NCBI GenBank assembly: GCA_038884755.1 | Contig: JAWABJ010000001.1 | Coordinates: forward strand, 1 to 64,000 | Length of the DNA stretch: 64,000 nt | Direction of reading: 5' to 3' | From: Candidatus Norongarragalinales archaeon | GTDB lineage: Archaea; Micrarchaeota; Micrarchaeia; Norongarragalinales; Norongarragalinaceae | Shown here: positions 19,517-28,668 of the stretch, piece by piece | Numbering within the stretch: the stretch's first letter is position 1 | How the letters are laid out: each line of letters starts with the position of its first letter | Position numbers and translations under genes: made by a program | Notes under the pieces: generated by a model | Databases searched by the model: none | What the model was told of the DNA's origin: nothing | Seen by the model: the letters and a program-made list of their open reading frames with translations, nothing else

Positions 19517-19548
19517 TTTTTTTAACGCCCTTTCTTTAGTTCTTGCGT

Positions 19549-21093
19549 ATGGGTTATTTCGAGACTCTGGCTAAGAAGGCGAGGGAAAAGAAGCCGGGAG
19601 CGGCGCCTGCTTCCACTGGGAAGGAAAAGCCTTCGGACGATGAGGAGAAAAAGCGGGTTTTGCTGGATTCCTACGGCGACGTGAAAATCTACAAAGACCC
19701 CAAAGAGCAGATTTTGCTTTACGAAATCCCCGTTCCTCACTTCAAGGGCGGAGAAAAAACGCTCATAGACTCGCTCGTGCAAATAGCCATAGGCGTTATG
19801 CCGCCTGACGTCGCGTCCTTGAGCGACGAGGAAAAGCGCAGGCGTTATTACAACAAGGTTTTAGAGATAATAGAGAAAACTCCGGAACTCAACGTTCCCG
19901 TGAACGCGAAAGACTTTTACGCTTCCGCGGTGGTGCGGGAAATGGCGGGCTACAGCCTGATAGACCCGCTGGTTGCGGACGACAATCTAGAGGAAATAAT
20001 GATAATCGGGCCCGGGAAGCCGGTTTACGTGTTCCACCGCAAGTACGAGATGCTCAAGACCAACGTGTTTTTTTACGACGACGAGGACATTCGCAACTTG
20101 ATAGAGCGCATAGGGCGGACCGTAGGAAGGCGCATCGATACGCAAGTGCCCATGCTCGACGCGCGCCTGCCGGATGGCACGCGCGTTAATGCAACCATTC
20201 CGCCGTCAAGTATAGACGGTTCGACTCTTACGCTGAGAAAGTTCCGCCGAGATCCGCTAAGCATAATCGACTTGATTAACTTCAACACTTTGGACTTCGA
20301 GACGGGCGCGTTGTTGTGGATGGCGACCGACGGGCTGGGCGCGTATCCCGCGAACATCTTGGTATCTGGAGGGACGGCGTCGGGAAAAACCACTACTCTC
20401 AACTGTCTTTGTTCTTTCGTTCCGAACAGCGAACGCATAGTCACTATAGAAGACACTGCGGAATTGAACTTGCCTTTGGAGCATTGGGTGAGGCTGGAAG
20501 TGAGGCCCGCTTCGCTGGAAGGGTCGGGAGAAATCACCATGAACGATTTGGTGAAGAACAGCATCAGGATGCGCCCGGACAGGATTATCGTGGGGGAAAT
20601 CCGGGGAGAGGAGGGGTATACGATGTTCAACGCGATGAACACGGGGCACAGGGGCGTCATGGGAACCGTTCATGCGAATTCGGCGCAAGAGACGCTCGTC
20701 CGCCTTGCGTCGCCGCCCATCAGCGTTCCGAACATAATGATTTCTTCCCTCAACATAGTGCTGATGCAGCACAGGATTCACGACCGGCGGCTCGGAACGC
20801 TGCGCAGGATTACGGAAGTAGCCGAGGTGAGCGCTGGCGACCCGAACAAGCCTGAAATCCAGGTGATTTACTCTTGGGACCCGGTGAAGGACAGGATTTA
20901 CCCGACCGGCCTGCCTTCGGTTTTCTTCGACTCGCTCAAGCGGTACACCGGCTTGGACGACGAGGGAATCGCGAAGGAATTGAAGGAGCGGGAAAGTCTT
21001 TTGAAGAAAATGGCGCAAAGCGGAATCCGCGACATGGCCGAAGTGTGCAAAATCACCCAGGGCTACATTTCCAGGAAGAAGCTTTCGATTTGA
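19549..21093 (+). CDS. Type IV pilus assembly ATPase (CpaF/TadA/VirB11 family)
   Basis: Walker A GGTASGKTT, IEDTAEL, RMRPDRIIVGEIRG, MNTGH, TVHAN. Confidence 0.95.
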   Translation: MGYFETLAKKAREKKPGAAPASTGKEKPSDDEEKKRVLLDSYGDVKIYKDPKEQILLYEIPVPHFKGGEKTLIDSLVQIAIGVMPPDVASLSDEEKRRRYYNKVLEIIEKTPELNVPVNAKDFYASAVVREMAGYSLIDPLVADDNLEEIMIIGPGKPVYVFHRKYEMLKTNVFFYDDEDIRNLIERIGRTVGRRIDTQVPMLDARLPDGTRVNATIPPSSIDGSTLTLRKFRRDPLSIIDLINFNTLDFETGALLWMATDGLGAYPANILVSGGTASGKTTTLNCLCSFVPNSERIVTIEDTAELNLPLEHWVRLEVRPASLEGSGEITMNDLVKNSIRMRPDRIIVGEIRGEEGYTMFNAMNTGHRGVMGTVHANSAQETLVRLASPPISVPNIMISSLNIVLMQHRIHDRRLGTLRRITEVAEVSAGDPNKPEIQVIYSWDPVKDRIYPTGLPSVFFDSLKRYTGLDDEGIAKELKERESLLKKMAQSGIRDMAEVCKITQGYISRKKLSI

Positions 21094-21148
21094 ATCCTCC
21101 CGCGCCGTGCGGGGCGTTTCAGCGTATGAAACCGTTTAAAAGAGATTT

Positions 21149-22204
21149 TTGAGTAAGGATTTCATGCCCGAAGATAGACTCAAGCGGTTGAGCGAAACCG
21201 TGCGCAAAGAACCGTCTAGCGAGGGCCTTGAACGGATAATTTCCAAGCTCAAGCCTAAGGAAGAGGCGGAGGGCGACGGCGGAAAGCCCGCCTTGGATTT
21301 CAGGAAAGTCGATTTCGAGGAGGGAAGCGGGCCCCTGGCCGCGATAGGGCGTTTTTACTCGATGCTCGAAGGGCCGGTGGAAAAGCTGGCTTCGTTTTTG
21401 TCCAACTTTCCTGCGGTCCGCAGCTTGGACAAGAACCTCAAGGCCGCGGCTTTGCCTTTCAACACCGAGACTTACCTGGTGATAGCTTCTTCCGTTTCTT
21501 TGCTAGTGGCCTTGTTCACTTTCATCCTGCTCGCGACCGTTTCGATTTCCTTCAACGACCAGGTCTCGTTTTTCATCAACCCCATAATCTCCCTAGTAGT
21601 GTTCCTGATTTCGGCGGTAGTGATACTGGTTTACCCCGTCTCCCGCGCGAACCAGCGGGCGGCGTTGGCGGACAAGGCGCTGCCGTTCGCGTTGCGCCAG
21701 CTTTCCACGCAATTGAAGGCCGGTTTGAGTTTTTACAAGGCGCTGAGCTCGCTGGCGAAGTCGGAGTACGGCTTGCTGAGCAGGGAGTTTGAAATCGTTT
21801 TGAGGGATTTGGATTCGGGCTTGAGCAGCGAAGAAGCGTTGCGCTTGCTCACGCAGCGCGTTAAATCTGAAGGGTTGCGCAAGGCTGTTTTGCAGATAGT
21901 GCGGGCGATGAAAACGGGGGGCAACCTTTCGATGGTGATTTCGGAAATCGCCGACGACGTTTCGTTCGAAACGCGCCAGCAAATCCGCGATTTCACCGAA
22001 AAGCTCAATCTTGTAAGCATATTGTACATCATGCTGGGCATAGTCATGCCCGTAGTCGTAGCGATACTTTCCGCGGTGCTGCAAATTCCCCTGTTCGCGG
22101 GCGCAATTCCGGGGTGGTTCGTTTACGCCGGTTTCGCGATGTCGGTGCTTTTCATGGTTTTGATTGTTTACATCACTAGGAAGATGGAGCCGGCGGCTTG
22201 GTGA
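21149..22204 (+). CDS. Type II secretion F-domain pilus platform protein (TadB/TadC-like)
   Basis: LPFALRQLS...AG, YG.LSREF, TM helices; follows the ATPase. Confidence 0.88.
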   Translation: MSKDFMPEDRLKRLSETVRKEPSSEGLERIISKLKPKEEAEGDGGKPALDFRKVDFEEGSGPLAAIGRFYSMLEGPVEKLASFLSNFPAVRSLDKNLKAAALPFNTETYLVIASSVSLLVALFTFILLATVSISFNDQVSFFINPIISLVVFLISAVVILVYPVSRANQRAALADKALPFALRQLSTQLKAGLSFYKALSSLAKSEYGLLSREFEIVLRDLDSGLSSEEALRLLTQRVKSEGLRKAVLQIVRAMKTGGNLSMVISEIADDVSFETRQQIRDFTEKLNLVSILYIMLGIVMPVVVAILSAVLQIPLFAGAIPGWFVYAGFAMSVLFMVLIVYITRKMEPAAW

Positions 22205-22208
22205 AAAA

Positions 22209-23135
22209 ATGGTTTCTTTCGAGGATTTGAGGGAACGGTTTGCCGTCGAGTACGAGAAAATGCGCGAGTATTACGCGGCGACGGGCTTCAGCTTTTCATT
22301 CGAGGTTTTTCTCGCCGGCTTCGCCTTGCTTGCGCTTTTGATTGCCATAGTGCTTTTGCTTTTGAACCTGAGCCTTTTCGAAGTCGTGGTGGCGTTTTTC
22401 GCGGTCATGAGCTTTTCCATAAGCATTCCCATAACCATGCGCGAGAACCGGATTGCGGAGATTGAGTCGAACCTTCCCGACGCACTGAAGCACATGGCTT
22501 TGGTTTTGAAGGCGGGGGGAACTGTGGAAAACGCTTTGGAGGAAGTGGCGCTGCCGGACGGCTACGGCAGCCTTGGCGCGGATTTCAAGAAAGCGCTGGG
22601 GCGTTTGCGCAGGGGACAGAGTTTCGAGAGCGTTTTGGTGAAGATAGCTGAAGAGAGCGGCTCGCTTTTGCTCAGGCGGACTGCTTCCATAATCGTCGAC
22701 GCGAGGCGGGCTGGCGCGGGCTTGGCCGACGTGCTTTTCGCGATTTCCGACGACGCCAAGGACGTTTTGCACATCCAGCGCGAGAGGCTTTCGCGCACGG
22801 TGATGCACGCGATTTTCATCGCTTCCTCGAGCATAATAATCGCGCCGTTCATTTTCGGATTCGCCTTGAGCGTCATCAACTTTATTGCAGTGAACATGCT
22901 CAAGGCTTTGCCCAACGCCAAGGCCATGGACGTGTGCTCTTTGAACACCACTTTCGTGCTGTTCCTGGTCATTCAGACCATCGTGGCGGCCGTCGCGCTT
23001 GGGATAGTGCGTTTCGGCAAGACTGGAAAGTATTTATTGTACCTTCCCGTGCTTGTTTTGATTTCGCTGCTGATTTTTGAGACGGCGAAGTGGCTGAGCA
23101 ACGTGATTGTCGGAGGCACGGGATTGGTATGTTGA
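22209..23135 (+). CDS. Second type II secretion F-domain pilus platform protein
   Basis: LPDALKHMA..LKAG, YGSLG.DF, GAGLADVL..ISDD. Confidence 0.88.
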   Translation: MVSFEDLRERFAVEYEKMREYYAATGFSFSFEVFLAGFALLALLIAIVLLLLNLSLFEVVVAFFAVMSFSISIPITMRENRIAEIESNLPDALKHMALVLKAGGTVENALEEVALPDGYGSLGADFKKALGRLRRGQSFESVLVKIAEESGSLLLRRTASIIVDARRAGAGLADVLFAISDDAKDVLHIQRERLSRTVMHAIFIASSSIIIAPFIFGFALSVINFIAVNMLKALPNAKAMDVCSLNTTFVLFLVIQTIVAAVALGIVRFGKTGKYLLYLPVLVLISLLIFETAKWLSNVIVGGTGLVC

Positions 23136-23236
23136 AGAGGGCGCAGACCACCATCGAATACGCTTTGCTTATAGCGTTCGTGGTGGCGTTGATTACGGCG
23201 ATAGGCTATTTCATCAAAACCAGGGTGTTGGCTTGA
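23129..23236 (+). CDS. Micro-prepilin, 35 aa (absent from ORF track)
   Basis: MLKRA|QTTIEYALLIAFVVALITAIGYFIKTRVLA; class III signal with Q+1 and E+5. Confidence 0.8.
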   Translation: MLKRAQTTIEYALLIAFVVALITAIGYFIKTRVLA

Positions 23237-23412
23237 TTTTGCGCAAGGCGCAGACCGTCATGGAATACCTGCTTTTGCTTGCGGGCGTGATGGTCATAAT
23301 CGTGCTGATAACCATTCTTGTGCGCGGGGGGATTTTCATTCCCGCTTCCAATGAGATAAGCACGAGCGTTTCTACCATAAAGGCGTTCGGCTCTGCTTTG
23401 GCCAGCCCGTAA
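23233..23412 (+). CDS. Small prepilin
   Basis: RKA|QTVMEYLLLLAGVMVIIVLI; TTG start overlapping the previous stop. Confidence 0.82.
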   Translation: MILRKAQTVMEYLLLLAGVMVIIVLITILVRGGIFIPASNEISTSVSTIKAFGSALASP

Positions 23413-23425
23413 TTTGCATTAGTTT

Positions 23426-23433
23426 TTTAAATA
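23426..23433 (+). promoter_or_regulatory. Internal TATA box upstream of the putative major pilin
   Basis: TTTAAATA in the intergenic gap; SD-like GGAGAGGG at 23461. Confidence 0.5.
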
Positions 23434-23476
23434 CCGCGTGGTAATAGAATTAAATTTCGTGGAGAGGGCGATTGTC

Positions 23477-23788
23477 ATGGCTTTGAAGGGGCAAGGGATG
23501 TTCGAGTACATTCTTCTTTTGGCGGGAATACTGCTCATAGTGGTTTTGGCGATAGTGGTTTTGAGGGGAGGCTTGTTCGGAGGGGCCGAGCAGGACATTC
23601 AACGGCAAAATTGCCAGGCTGCTTTGTCGCGCTCGTCTTACTGTTATGCGACGAGCGGATTGTGGAACGAGACCGGCGCGCCCACGCCGTACCCGCAAGT
23701 TTGCGTGAACATCGGCTACAACGGTTCCGGAGACGGGTGCAGCGTCGCGTTCGGTGACGACTGTTCGTGCGGCCCCAGGCCGGGTTGA
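23477..23788 (+). CDS. Prepilin with Cys-rich head (candidate major pilin)
   Basis: MALKG|QGMFEYILLLAGILLIVVLAI; own TATA box and SD. Confidence 0.85.
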   Translation: MALKGQGMFEYILLLAGILLIVVLAIVVLRGGLFGGAEQDIQRQNCQAALSRSSYCYATSGLWNETGAPTPYPQVCVNIGYNGSGDGCSVAFGDDCSCGPRPG

Positions 23789-23794
23789 GTCGAA

Positions 23795-23962
23795 TTGCGA
23801 AAGAGCCAGGCTGCAATCGAATACATCCTTTTGGTAGCTTTGGGGTTGTTCATCATAGTGGTCGGCTTCACCATAGCTTTTTTTGTTAATGATTTCACGA
23901 AAAGCGTGCTTGTGGGCGTCGACCAGACGCGCTCGCAGGCGATAGCCCTTTTGGTCAGGTAA
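23795..23962 (+). CDS. Small prepilin, 55 aa (absent from ORF track)
   Basis: (TTG)RKS|QAAIEYILLVALGLFIIVVGFTIAFF...ALLVR. Confidence 0.8.
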   Translation: MRKSQAAIEYILLVALGLFIIVVGFTIAFFVNDFTKSVLVGVDQTRSQAIALLVR

Positions 23963-23973
23963 ACGTTTTTGCG

Positions 23974-24429
23974 TTGGCTGATTTTCTTCCCGCGGCGGCT
24001 TTCGTTTTCGCTTTCGCCGCATCCGCTTCAGACTTGGGCTTGCGCCGGATTCCCGACCCGCTGAACCTTTCGTTTTTCGCCCTCGCTTTTTCAGCCAGCC
24101 TCGCTTCCGGCGTGCTGCCGGCGTTCGCCCTTTTCTCGGTTTTTTCGTTTTTGCTTTCGAGGTGGGCTTACGGCCTGGGCGCTTGGGGCGGGGGTGACGT
24201 GAAGTTTTTCGTCTCTCTTTCTTCTTTCCTTCCTGCTTTGGGCGAGGGTTTGGAAAGCGTCTTTTTGCTTTTCGTGGTTTCAGCGTTCTTGTGCGGGCTG
24301 GCGGCGCTTTCGGCTTTTTCAATAAAACTATTAAAGAACGGGCGCGTGAAGAGTTTGGCCGGCCCGGGGCGGGTGGTTTTCGCGCCTTTCCTGGCGGCCG
24401 CGTTCGCAATAGTGGTGTTTTTCAAATGA
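23974..24429 (+). CDS. Prepilin peptidase, A24 family (short form)
   Basis: SDL..RRIPD and GGGDVK aspartate motifs; C-terminal FAPFL. Confidence 0.9.
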   Translation: MADFLPAAAFVFAFAASASDLGLRRIPDPLNLSFFALAFSASLASGVLPAFALFSVFSFLLSRWAYGLGAWGGGDVKFFVSLSSFLPALGEGLESVFLLFVVSAFLCGLAALSAFSIKLLKNGRVKSLAGPGRVVFAPFLAAAFAIVVFFK

Positions 24430-24893
24430 AAAAATCCCAGTTGGGCGTTGAGTTTTTCCTGGTATTGAGCGTGGTCGTCGCTTTCATCGTGATACTTTAC
24501 ACCACCGCGTTCCAGGAAATCGGGAAAACGCGTGCGTTGAACGACGCGGTGCTTTCCAAGGCCGCGGTGGACGCCATGGCGCAAGGCATTGACTTCGCCT
24601 ACTTGGGCGGAGACGGCAGCGTGCTGCAAAAGCAGCTTTTCGTTTCCCAGAATTCAAACTGCTTTTACACCACGCCGTCGGGTTTGCTCAAGGTTTACTG
24701 CACCGTTTCTTCCGAGTACTTGGATGTGCTTACTGGCGGGAAAGAGCAGGTTTTCAGCCAAGAGCTTTTCACCCCGCGGGGCAAGCTGGTTTTCTTCGAC
24801 TGCGCCCCGCTCAACGGCGGCTGGGTCAACGTGAGCATTCGCAATGCGATTTCTACTTTGGGTTTCGTTAATGTCTCGTGCAGGATGGCTTGA
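24426..24893 (+). CDS. Minor prepilin
   Basis: MKKS|QLGVEFFLVLSVVVAFIVIL. Confidence 0.82.
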   Translation: MKKSQLGVEFFLVLSVVVAFIVILYTTAFQEIGKTRALNDAVLSKAAVDAMAQGIDFAYLGGDGSVLQKQLFVSQNSNCFYTTPSGLLKVYCTVSSEYLDVLTGGKEQVFSQELFTPRGKLVFFDCAPLNGGWVNVSIRNAISTLGFVNVSCRMA

Positions 24894-24912
24894 CGGCTGC
24901 GTGGTGTTTAAG

Positions 24913-25311
24913 ATGCGGGGGCAGGTTGGTGCGGAGTTCATAATCCTCGTTTCGCTGCTCCTGTCGCTGTCGGTAATAATACTGGCGAATTCGTTCAAGG
25001 AAATGGAGACTGGCATGGTCGTCGCGGCAGTGCGAAGCGCTTCGGAAAATGTCGCCTTGCGACAGGGGGTTTCTTTCTACAACGTTTCCTATTCGGTCAA
25101 GCCTAATGCCGTGATTTTGAAGCCGGTTTTTTCCGGTGGTTTCCGCGATAGGGGCGAGTGGACTGAAGACATCGCCCTGCGGGCAAAGGCGGTGCTGGCT
25201 CCCAATTCCCAGCTTGAAGCTTGTTCCGGCCAGGTTGAAGGCTGTTGCGCCGACCCCGACGCGGCGGACGGCTTGTGCTTTTCCACGACGAGGTGCTTTT
25301 GCGTAAAGTGA
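24913..25311 (+). CDS. Minor prepilin with Cys-rich C-terminus
   Basis: MRG|QVGAEFIILVSLLLSLSVII. Confidence 0.82.
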   Translation: MRGQVGAEFIILVSLLLSLSVIILANSFKEMETGMVVAAVRSASENVALRQGVSFYNVSYSVKPNAVILKPVFSGGFRDRGEWTEDIALRAKAVLAPNSQLEACSGQVEGCCADPDAADGLCFSTTRCFCVK

Positions 25312-25661
25312 ATTTCAAGGAAGAGCGGATTTTCTTTTTGTCTTTGTTCTTGTCTTTCGCCGGAATCGCGGTTTTGTTCGCGCTTTCGCAAAGCGCGTCC
25401 GCGCGCGAAGCAGAGGTTTCCCAGCTTTCAAGCGAGGATTTCGGGAGGACTGTTTTGCTTAAGGGCAAGGCGGTTTCGGTTTCCTCGAACGGGGAAACCG
25501 TTTTCTTCCGCCTGTGCGCTTCGGCGTGCGTCAAGGTGGTGGTTTTCAGGAGCCGTTCTGCCGTTTCGGAAGGCGCGTTCGTTTCCGTGGAAGGCCGGGT
25601 TTCCGAGTTCGAAGGGCGGATTGAAATAATCGCCGATTCCGTTGAAGTGCTGAAGTCTTGA
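25308..25661 (+). CDS. Membrane-anchored OB-fold protein
   Basis: N-terminal TM helix; GRTVLLKGK...G.FVSVEGRVSEFEGRIEIIADSV OB-fold pattern. Confidence 0.75.
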   Translation: MNFKEERIFFLSLFLSFAGIAVLFALSQSASAREAEVSQLSSEDFGRTVLLKGKAVSVSSNGETVFFRLCASACVKVVVFRSRSAVSEGAFVSVEGRVSEFEGRIEIIADSVEVLKS

Positions 25662-26822
25662 GTGGGTTTTTTGCTGGAAGAGTTTTTCTTGGGTTTTTTT
25701 TCCGGGTTTGCGGGCTTGCTGGCGTTCTTGCACGCCAACACCCTGCTTAAGCTTTCCTCGCCGTTCTTGTGGCCTGGTTTTTCCAAGGCGGTTTTCTCCT
25801 CGTCTCTTTCGTTCTCCAAAATCGTTTTCGAGCTCGTCCCGACCTTGTTTTTCTTCGCGCCTTCGATTTCCTACGGCGTTTCAATTCTTCCGGCGCAAAA
25901 GCTTTTCTTCGAGGGAAAGGGGATTTCGGCGTTGAAAACCACGCTTGCATGCTTTTTTCTCGCCGCACTGCTTTGCCTGGCTTTGGCGCCGCCGTTTTTC
26001 ATAGCCTTACCTTTGCTTGACGCTCTAGTCTCGCCTTTCGCAGGGTGGGTTTTGCTTTTTGTTTTGGGCGCGTCTTTCGCGAGCAAGCAAAAGCGTTGGG
26101 CAAGCGCCTTCGCTTTCGCCCTTTCAGGAGTGTTGGGCATGGCGTTGTTTTCAAAACCGTTTCTGCCCGACCCGCTGTTTCCACTACTGTCGGGCTTGTT
26201 CGGAATTCCCGCGTTGCTTTTTTCCCTCAATTCTCCGAAGCCAGCGCAAAAAGAAGCTGGCGTGGCGAACGTCGATTTGAAAATAATCTTTTGGGCCGTG
26301 GTTTTCGGGGGGTTGTCTTCCCTGTTGCCCGGCTTGTCGCCAGTCGTTTTGGTTTCCTTGCTGTTTTTGTTTCTGGAGGGCGCGGGAGCCATGGTTTTCG
26401 TCCAGGCTGTTGCGGCAACGCTGGTTTCAAAAACTTTCTTCGACTTTCTTGCTTTCGTTGCAATAGGCAAGGCTCGCAGCGGGGCAGTGGCTTTCGCTTC
26501 GCAAGGGCTTTCGGCGGGTTCGCTGCCGTCAGTGCTCGTCGCAGGCGTGGCATCGCTTTTCCTCGCAATAGCGACCATGCTTTTGCTCTACAAGCGGCTT
26601 TCCTCGCTTTCCTTGCTTGGTGGGAACAAGGTTCCGCTGGTAGTCGCGGTTTTCCTTGCAGCGGCTGTTTTAGCGTTCCAAGGGTTTTTGGGGCTGTTCG
26701 CGATGGCGGTCGCCGCTTGCCTGGGGGTTTGCGCGGGTTTATTGGGCGCCGACAAGACGTCGCTTCTCGGCTGCCTCTTCGTCCCTTCGCTGGCGTTCTA
26801 CTTCGGCTTTTCCCTTGCATAG
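25662..26822 (+). CDS. Polytopic membrane protein, divergent TctA/DUF112-like
   Basis: G..AG...FLHANT, P.LF, S.LP, G.G..A, LFPLLSGLFGIP, LLPG, ARSG patterns. Confidence 0.7.
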   Translation: MGFLLEEFFLGFFSGFAGLLAFLHANTLLKLSSPFLWPGFSKAVFSSSLSFSKIVFELVPTLFFFAPSISYGVSILPAQKLFFEGKGISALKTTLACFFLAALLCLALAPPFFIALPLLDALVSPFAGWVLLFVLGASFASKQKRWASAFAFALSGVLGMALFSKPFLPDPLFPLLSGLFGIPALLFSLNSPKPAQKEAGVANVDLKIIFWAVVFGGLSSLLPGLSPVVLVSLLFLFLEGAGAMVFVQAVAATLVSKTFFDFLAFVAIGKARSGAVAFASQGLSAGSLPSVLVAGVASLFLAIATMLLLYKRLSSLSLLGGNKVPLVVAVFLAAAVLAFQGFLGLFAMAVAACLGVCAGLLGADKTSLLGCLFVPSLAFYFGFSLA

Positions 26823-26864
26823 CCTGAAAGGTTTAAAACGAAAAAATCCTTAATCCTCTCTCGG

Positions 26865-27362
26865 TTGCGGGTGGATGTTTTGTCGAAGCGCGGGCAGTTT
26901 TCAATAGAGTTTTTCGTGGTGCTCACTTTTTTCGTGCTCGTGCTGTTGTGGTTCAACAACTACTACAACGACTTGCGCTCGCAAGACTTGGTTTTCATGC
27001 AGCAAAAGCAATTGGTGAAGCAAATCGCGCTTTTGGAAGGCGAGTCTTTCTCTCAAAACCAGACTCTTTACTTCGACTTGCCTTGCCTCGTTTCCGAGGG
27101 AAAGGCGTTCTCGTATTGGGTTTACGGCGGGAGCGTTTACGGGGGCGAAGTTCGCGCGGGAACCAACCAAACGACTTTGCTCGTCGTGCTCCGCTCGACG
27201 GGCCAGTCTGAAAACTCTTCTTTCGCGGTTTCCGCTTTTCCCAACCCGCTGGTTTTCGAGTGTTCGGGCGGCAGTGCGGGCAGAATTTTTTTCAGGAGGG
27301 AGAAAGTCCTGCCTTTCGGCGGCGGGGCGGCAGTAGACGGCGTTCTGTTGGGGAGAGGTTGA
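26865..27362 (+). CDS. Minor prepilin
   Basis: SKRG|QFSIEFFVVLTFFVLVLLWF. Confidence 0.82.
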   Translation: MRVDVLSKRGQFSIEFFVVLTFFVLVLLWFNNYYNDLRSQDLVFMQQKQLVKQIALLEGESFSQNQTLYFDLPCLVSEGKAFSYWVYGGSVYGGEVRAGTNQTTLLVVLRSTGQSENSSFAVSAFPNPLVFECSGGSAGRIFFRREKVLPFGGGAAVDGVLLGRG

Positions 27363-27368
27363 TTTGAA

Positions 27369-27692
27369 ATGCGCAGGGGGCAGTTGTTCAGCGTGGATTT
27401 CTTGCTTGCGGTGGCAGTCTTGACCATGGCGCTCGGGATTTGGCTTAATTCGCACTCGCAAATAGAGCGGAACGCCGGCGGCAGCATAGCGAACTCCAGC
27501 GCTTTCGCGCTTGCCGAATCTTATTACTCCCGGCTTTCGGCCGGCGAGTCGGCGTTGCAAATGGGTTGCCTTGAAAACGCGGGGGTAGTGGTTTGCGACT
27601 CGTGCCCTTCGGGCGGGGAAAAGTTTTTCGTGCAACGGATATACTCGCGGGCGGGGAGCCCGAAGCTTTTGAGGGTGGGGTCGTGTTCTTGA
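27369..27692 (+). CDS. Minor prepilin
   Basis: MRRG|QLFSVDFLLAVAVL. Confidence 0.8.
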   Translation: MRRGQLFSVDFLLAVAVLTMALGIWLNSHSQIERNAGGSIANSSAFALAESYYSRLSAGESALQMGCLENAGVVVCDSCPSGGEKFFVQRIYSRAGSPKLLRVGSCS

Positions 27693-27693
27693 A

Positions 27694-28056
27694 ATGAAGC
27701 GTGGCATTTTCCTTTTGATAGACGCTTTCCTTGCGCTCACGCTCGCGATTTTGCTTTCCCTTTCGGTCGCGGTTTTCTCGCAGGCGCACGAGCCCATGCT
27801 GGTGCAGCTGCACCAGCTGGGAAGGGATTACTTGGTTTTGCAGCACAAGCAGGGCGTTTCCTTCGATTTCGCCGGCCTTACCGGCTTCAATTCCACCTCG
27901 CGCCATAGCGTGGGAAGCAAAATCGTGGTGTACCCGCGGTTGTGCGTCGACCCGCCGTTGCCTCCCGCGAACCCGCATTGTTTTTCCGGGCAGGATGTTT
28001 TTGATTCGCGTGGGGCTAGGAAGGTTTTGGTTTTCAACACTACGGTGAGCCCTTGA
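27694..28056 (+). CDS. Minor prepilin
   Basis: MKRG|IFLLIDAFLALTLAILL. Confidence 0.78.
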   Translation: MKRGIFLLIDAFLALTLAILLSLSVAVFSQAHEPMLVQLHQLGRDYLVLQHKQGVSFDFAGLTGFNSTSRHSVGSKIVVYPRLCVDPPLPPANPHCFSGQDVFDSRGARKVLVFNTTVSP

Positions 28057-28619
28057 CTTTGAAAAAATCTTTTGCGACCGCGTTTTTCGCCGCAATGGTA
28101 GTTTTCGCGCTGGCTTTCCTGGCGTCGGTTTTGCTGGTGCAGGACTCGGGCTTTCAAAACGCGCAACTGGAATCGCGCATTGCAGGCGCGCGTTTTGAGG
28201 ACGCGAGGGATTTAGTGAATTGGACGCAGGAAGACGCAATTTTCGACGCGGCGTATGCTTTCGCTTGCAACTCGCAGGTTTTCTGCGATACGTATCCTAC
28301 GCTAGTAAATTCATACTGGAGCAACGTGCGCGGCGAGTTGAATGATTCTATCGTAAACGTGTCGTTTTCCGGAACCGTTGCGTCTTGCGGGTGGTTTCAA
28401 GTCTTGCCTGACACTTTCAGTTTCAACGTTGGTTTTACGGGCGTTATGGAAGTCACTTCCAAAAATACTTTCAAGAACGCGAGTTTTGCTTTCGCAAAGA
28501 CCGGTACGGTGCAGACGCGTTCCAGCCCTAGGGGAGCGACGGCGAGAGTTTTTGAGACGGGAACAACGTTTTCGTACGACTGTCCCGCAGGCTTTGGCGG
28601 CGGTTTGGAAGTGGGGTAG
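28053..28619 (+). CDS. Pilin-like exported protein
   Basis: LKKS|FATAFFAAMVVFAL; overlaps the previous stop. Confidence 0.65.
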   Translation: MTLKKSFATAFFAAMVVFALAFLASVLLVQDSGFQNAQLESRIAGARFEDARDLVNWTQEDAIFDAAYAFACNSQVFCDTYPTLVNSYWSNVRGELNDSIVNVSFSGTVASCGWFQVLPDTFSFNVGFTGVMEVTSKNTFKNASFAFAKTGTVQTRSSPRGATARVFETGTTFSYDCPAGFGGGLEVG

Positions 28620-28668
28620 AACGCAACTTTTAAGTTTCGGCGGGTTGTAGTTGTTTGGTGGGTGTAGA

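Noticed and set aside
19549..23135. Archaellum or conjugative T4SS
   Set aside because: No flaB/F/G/H, VirB4 or relaxase; the accompanying genes are Q+1/E+5 pilins
23107..23232. 5' part of the 101-aa ORF
   Set aside because: The region encodes the 35-aa micro-pilin in another frame; the pilin signal starts near 23233
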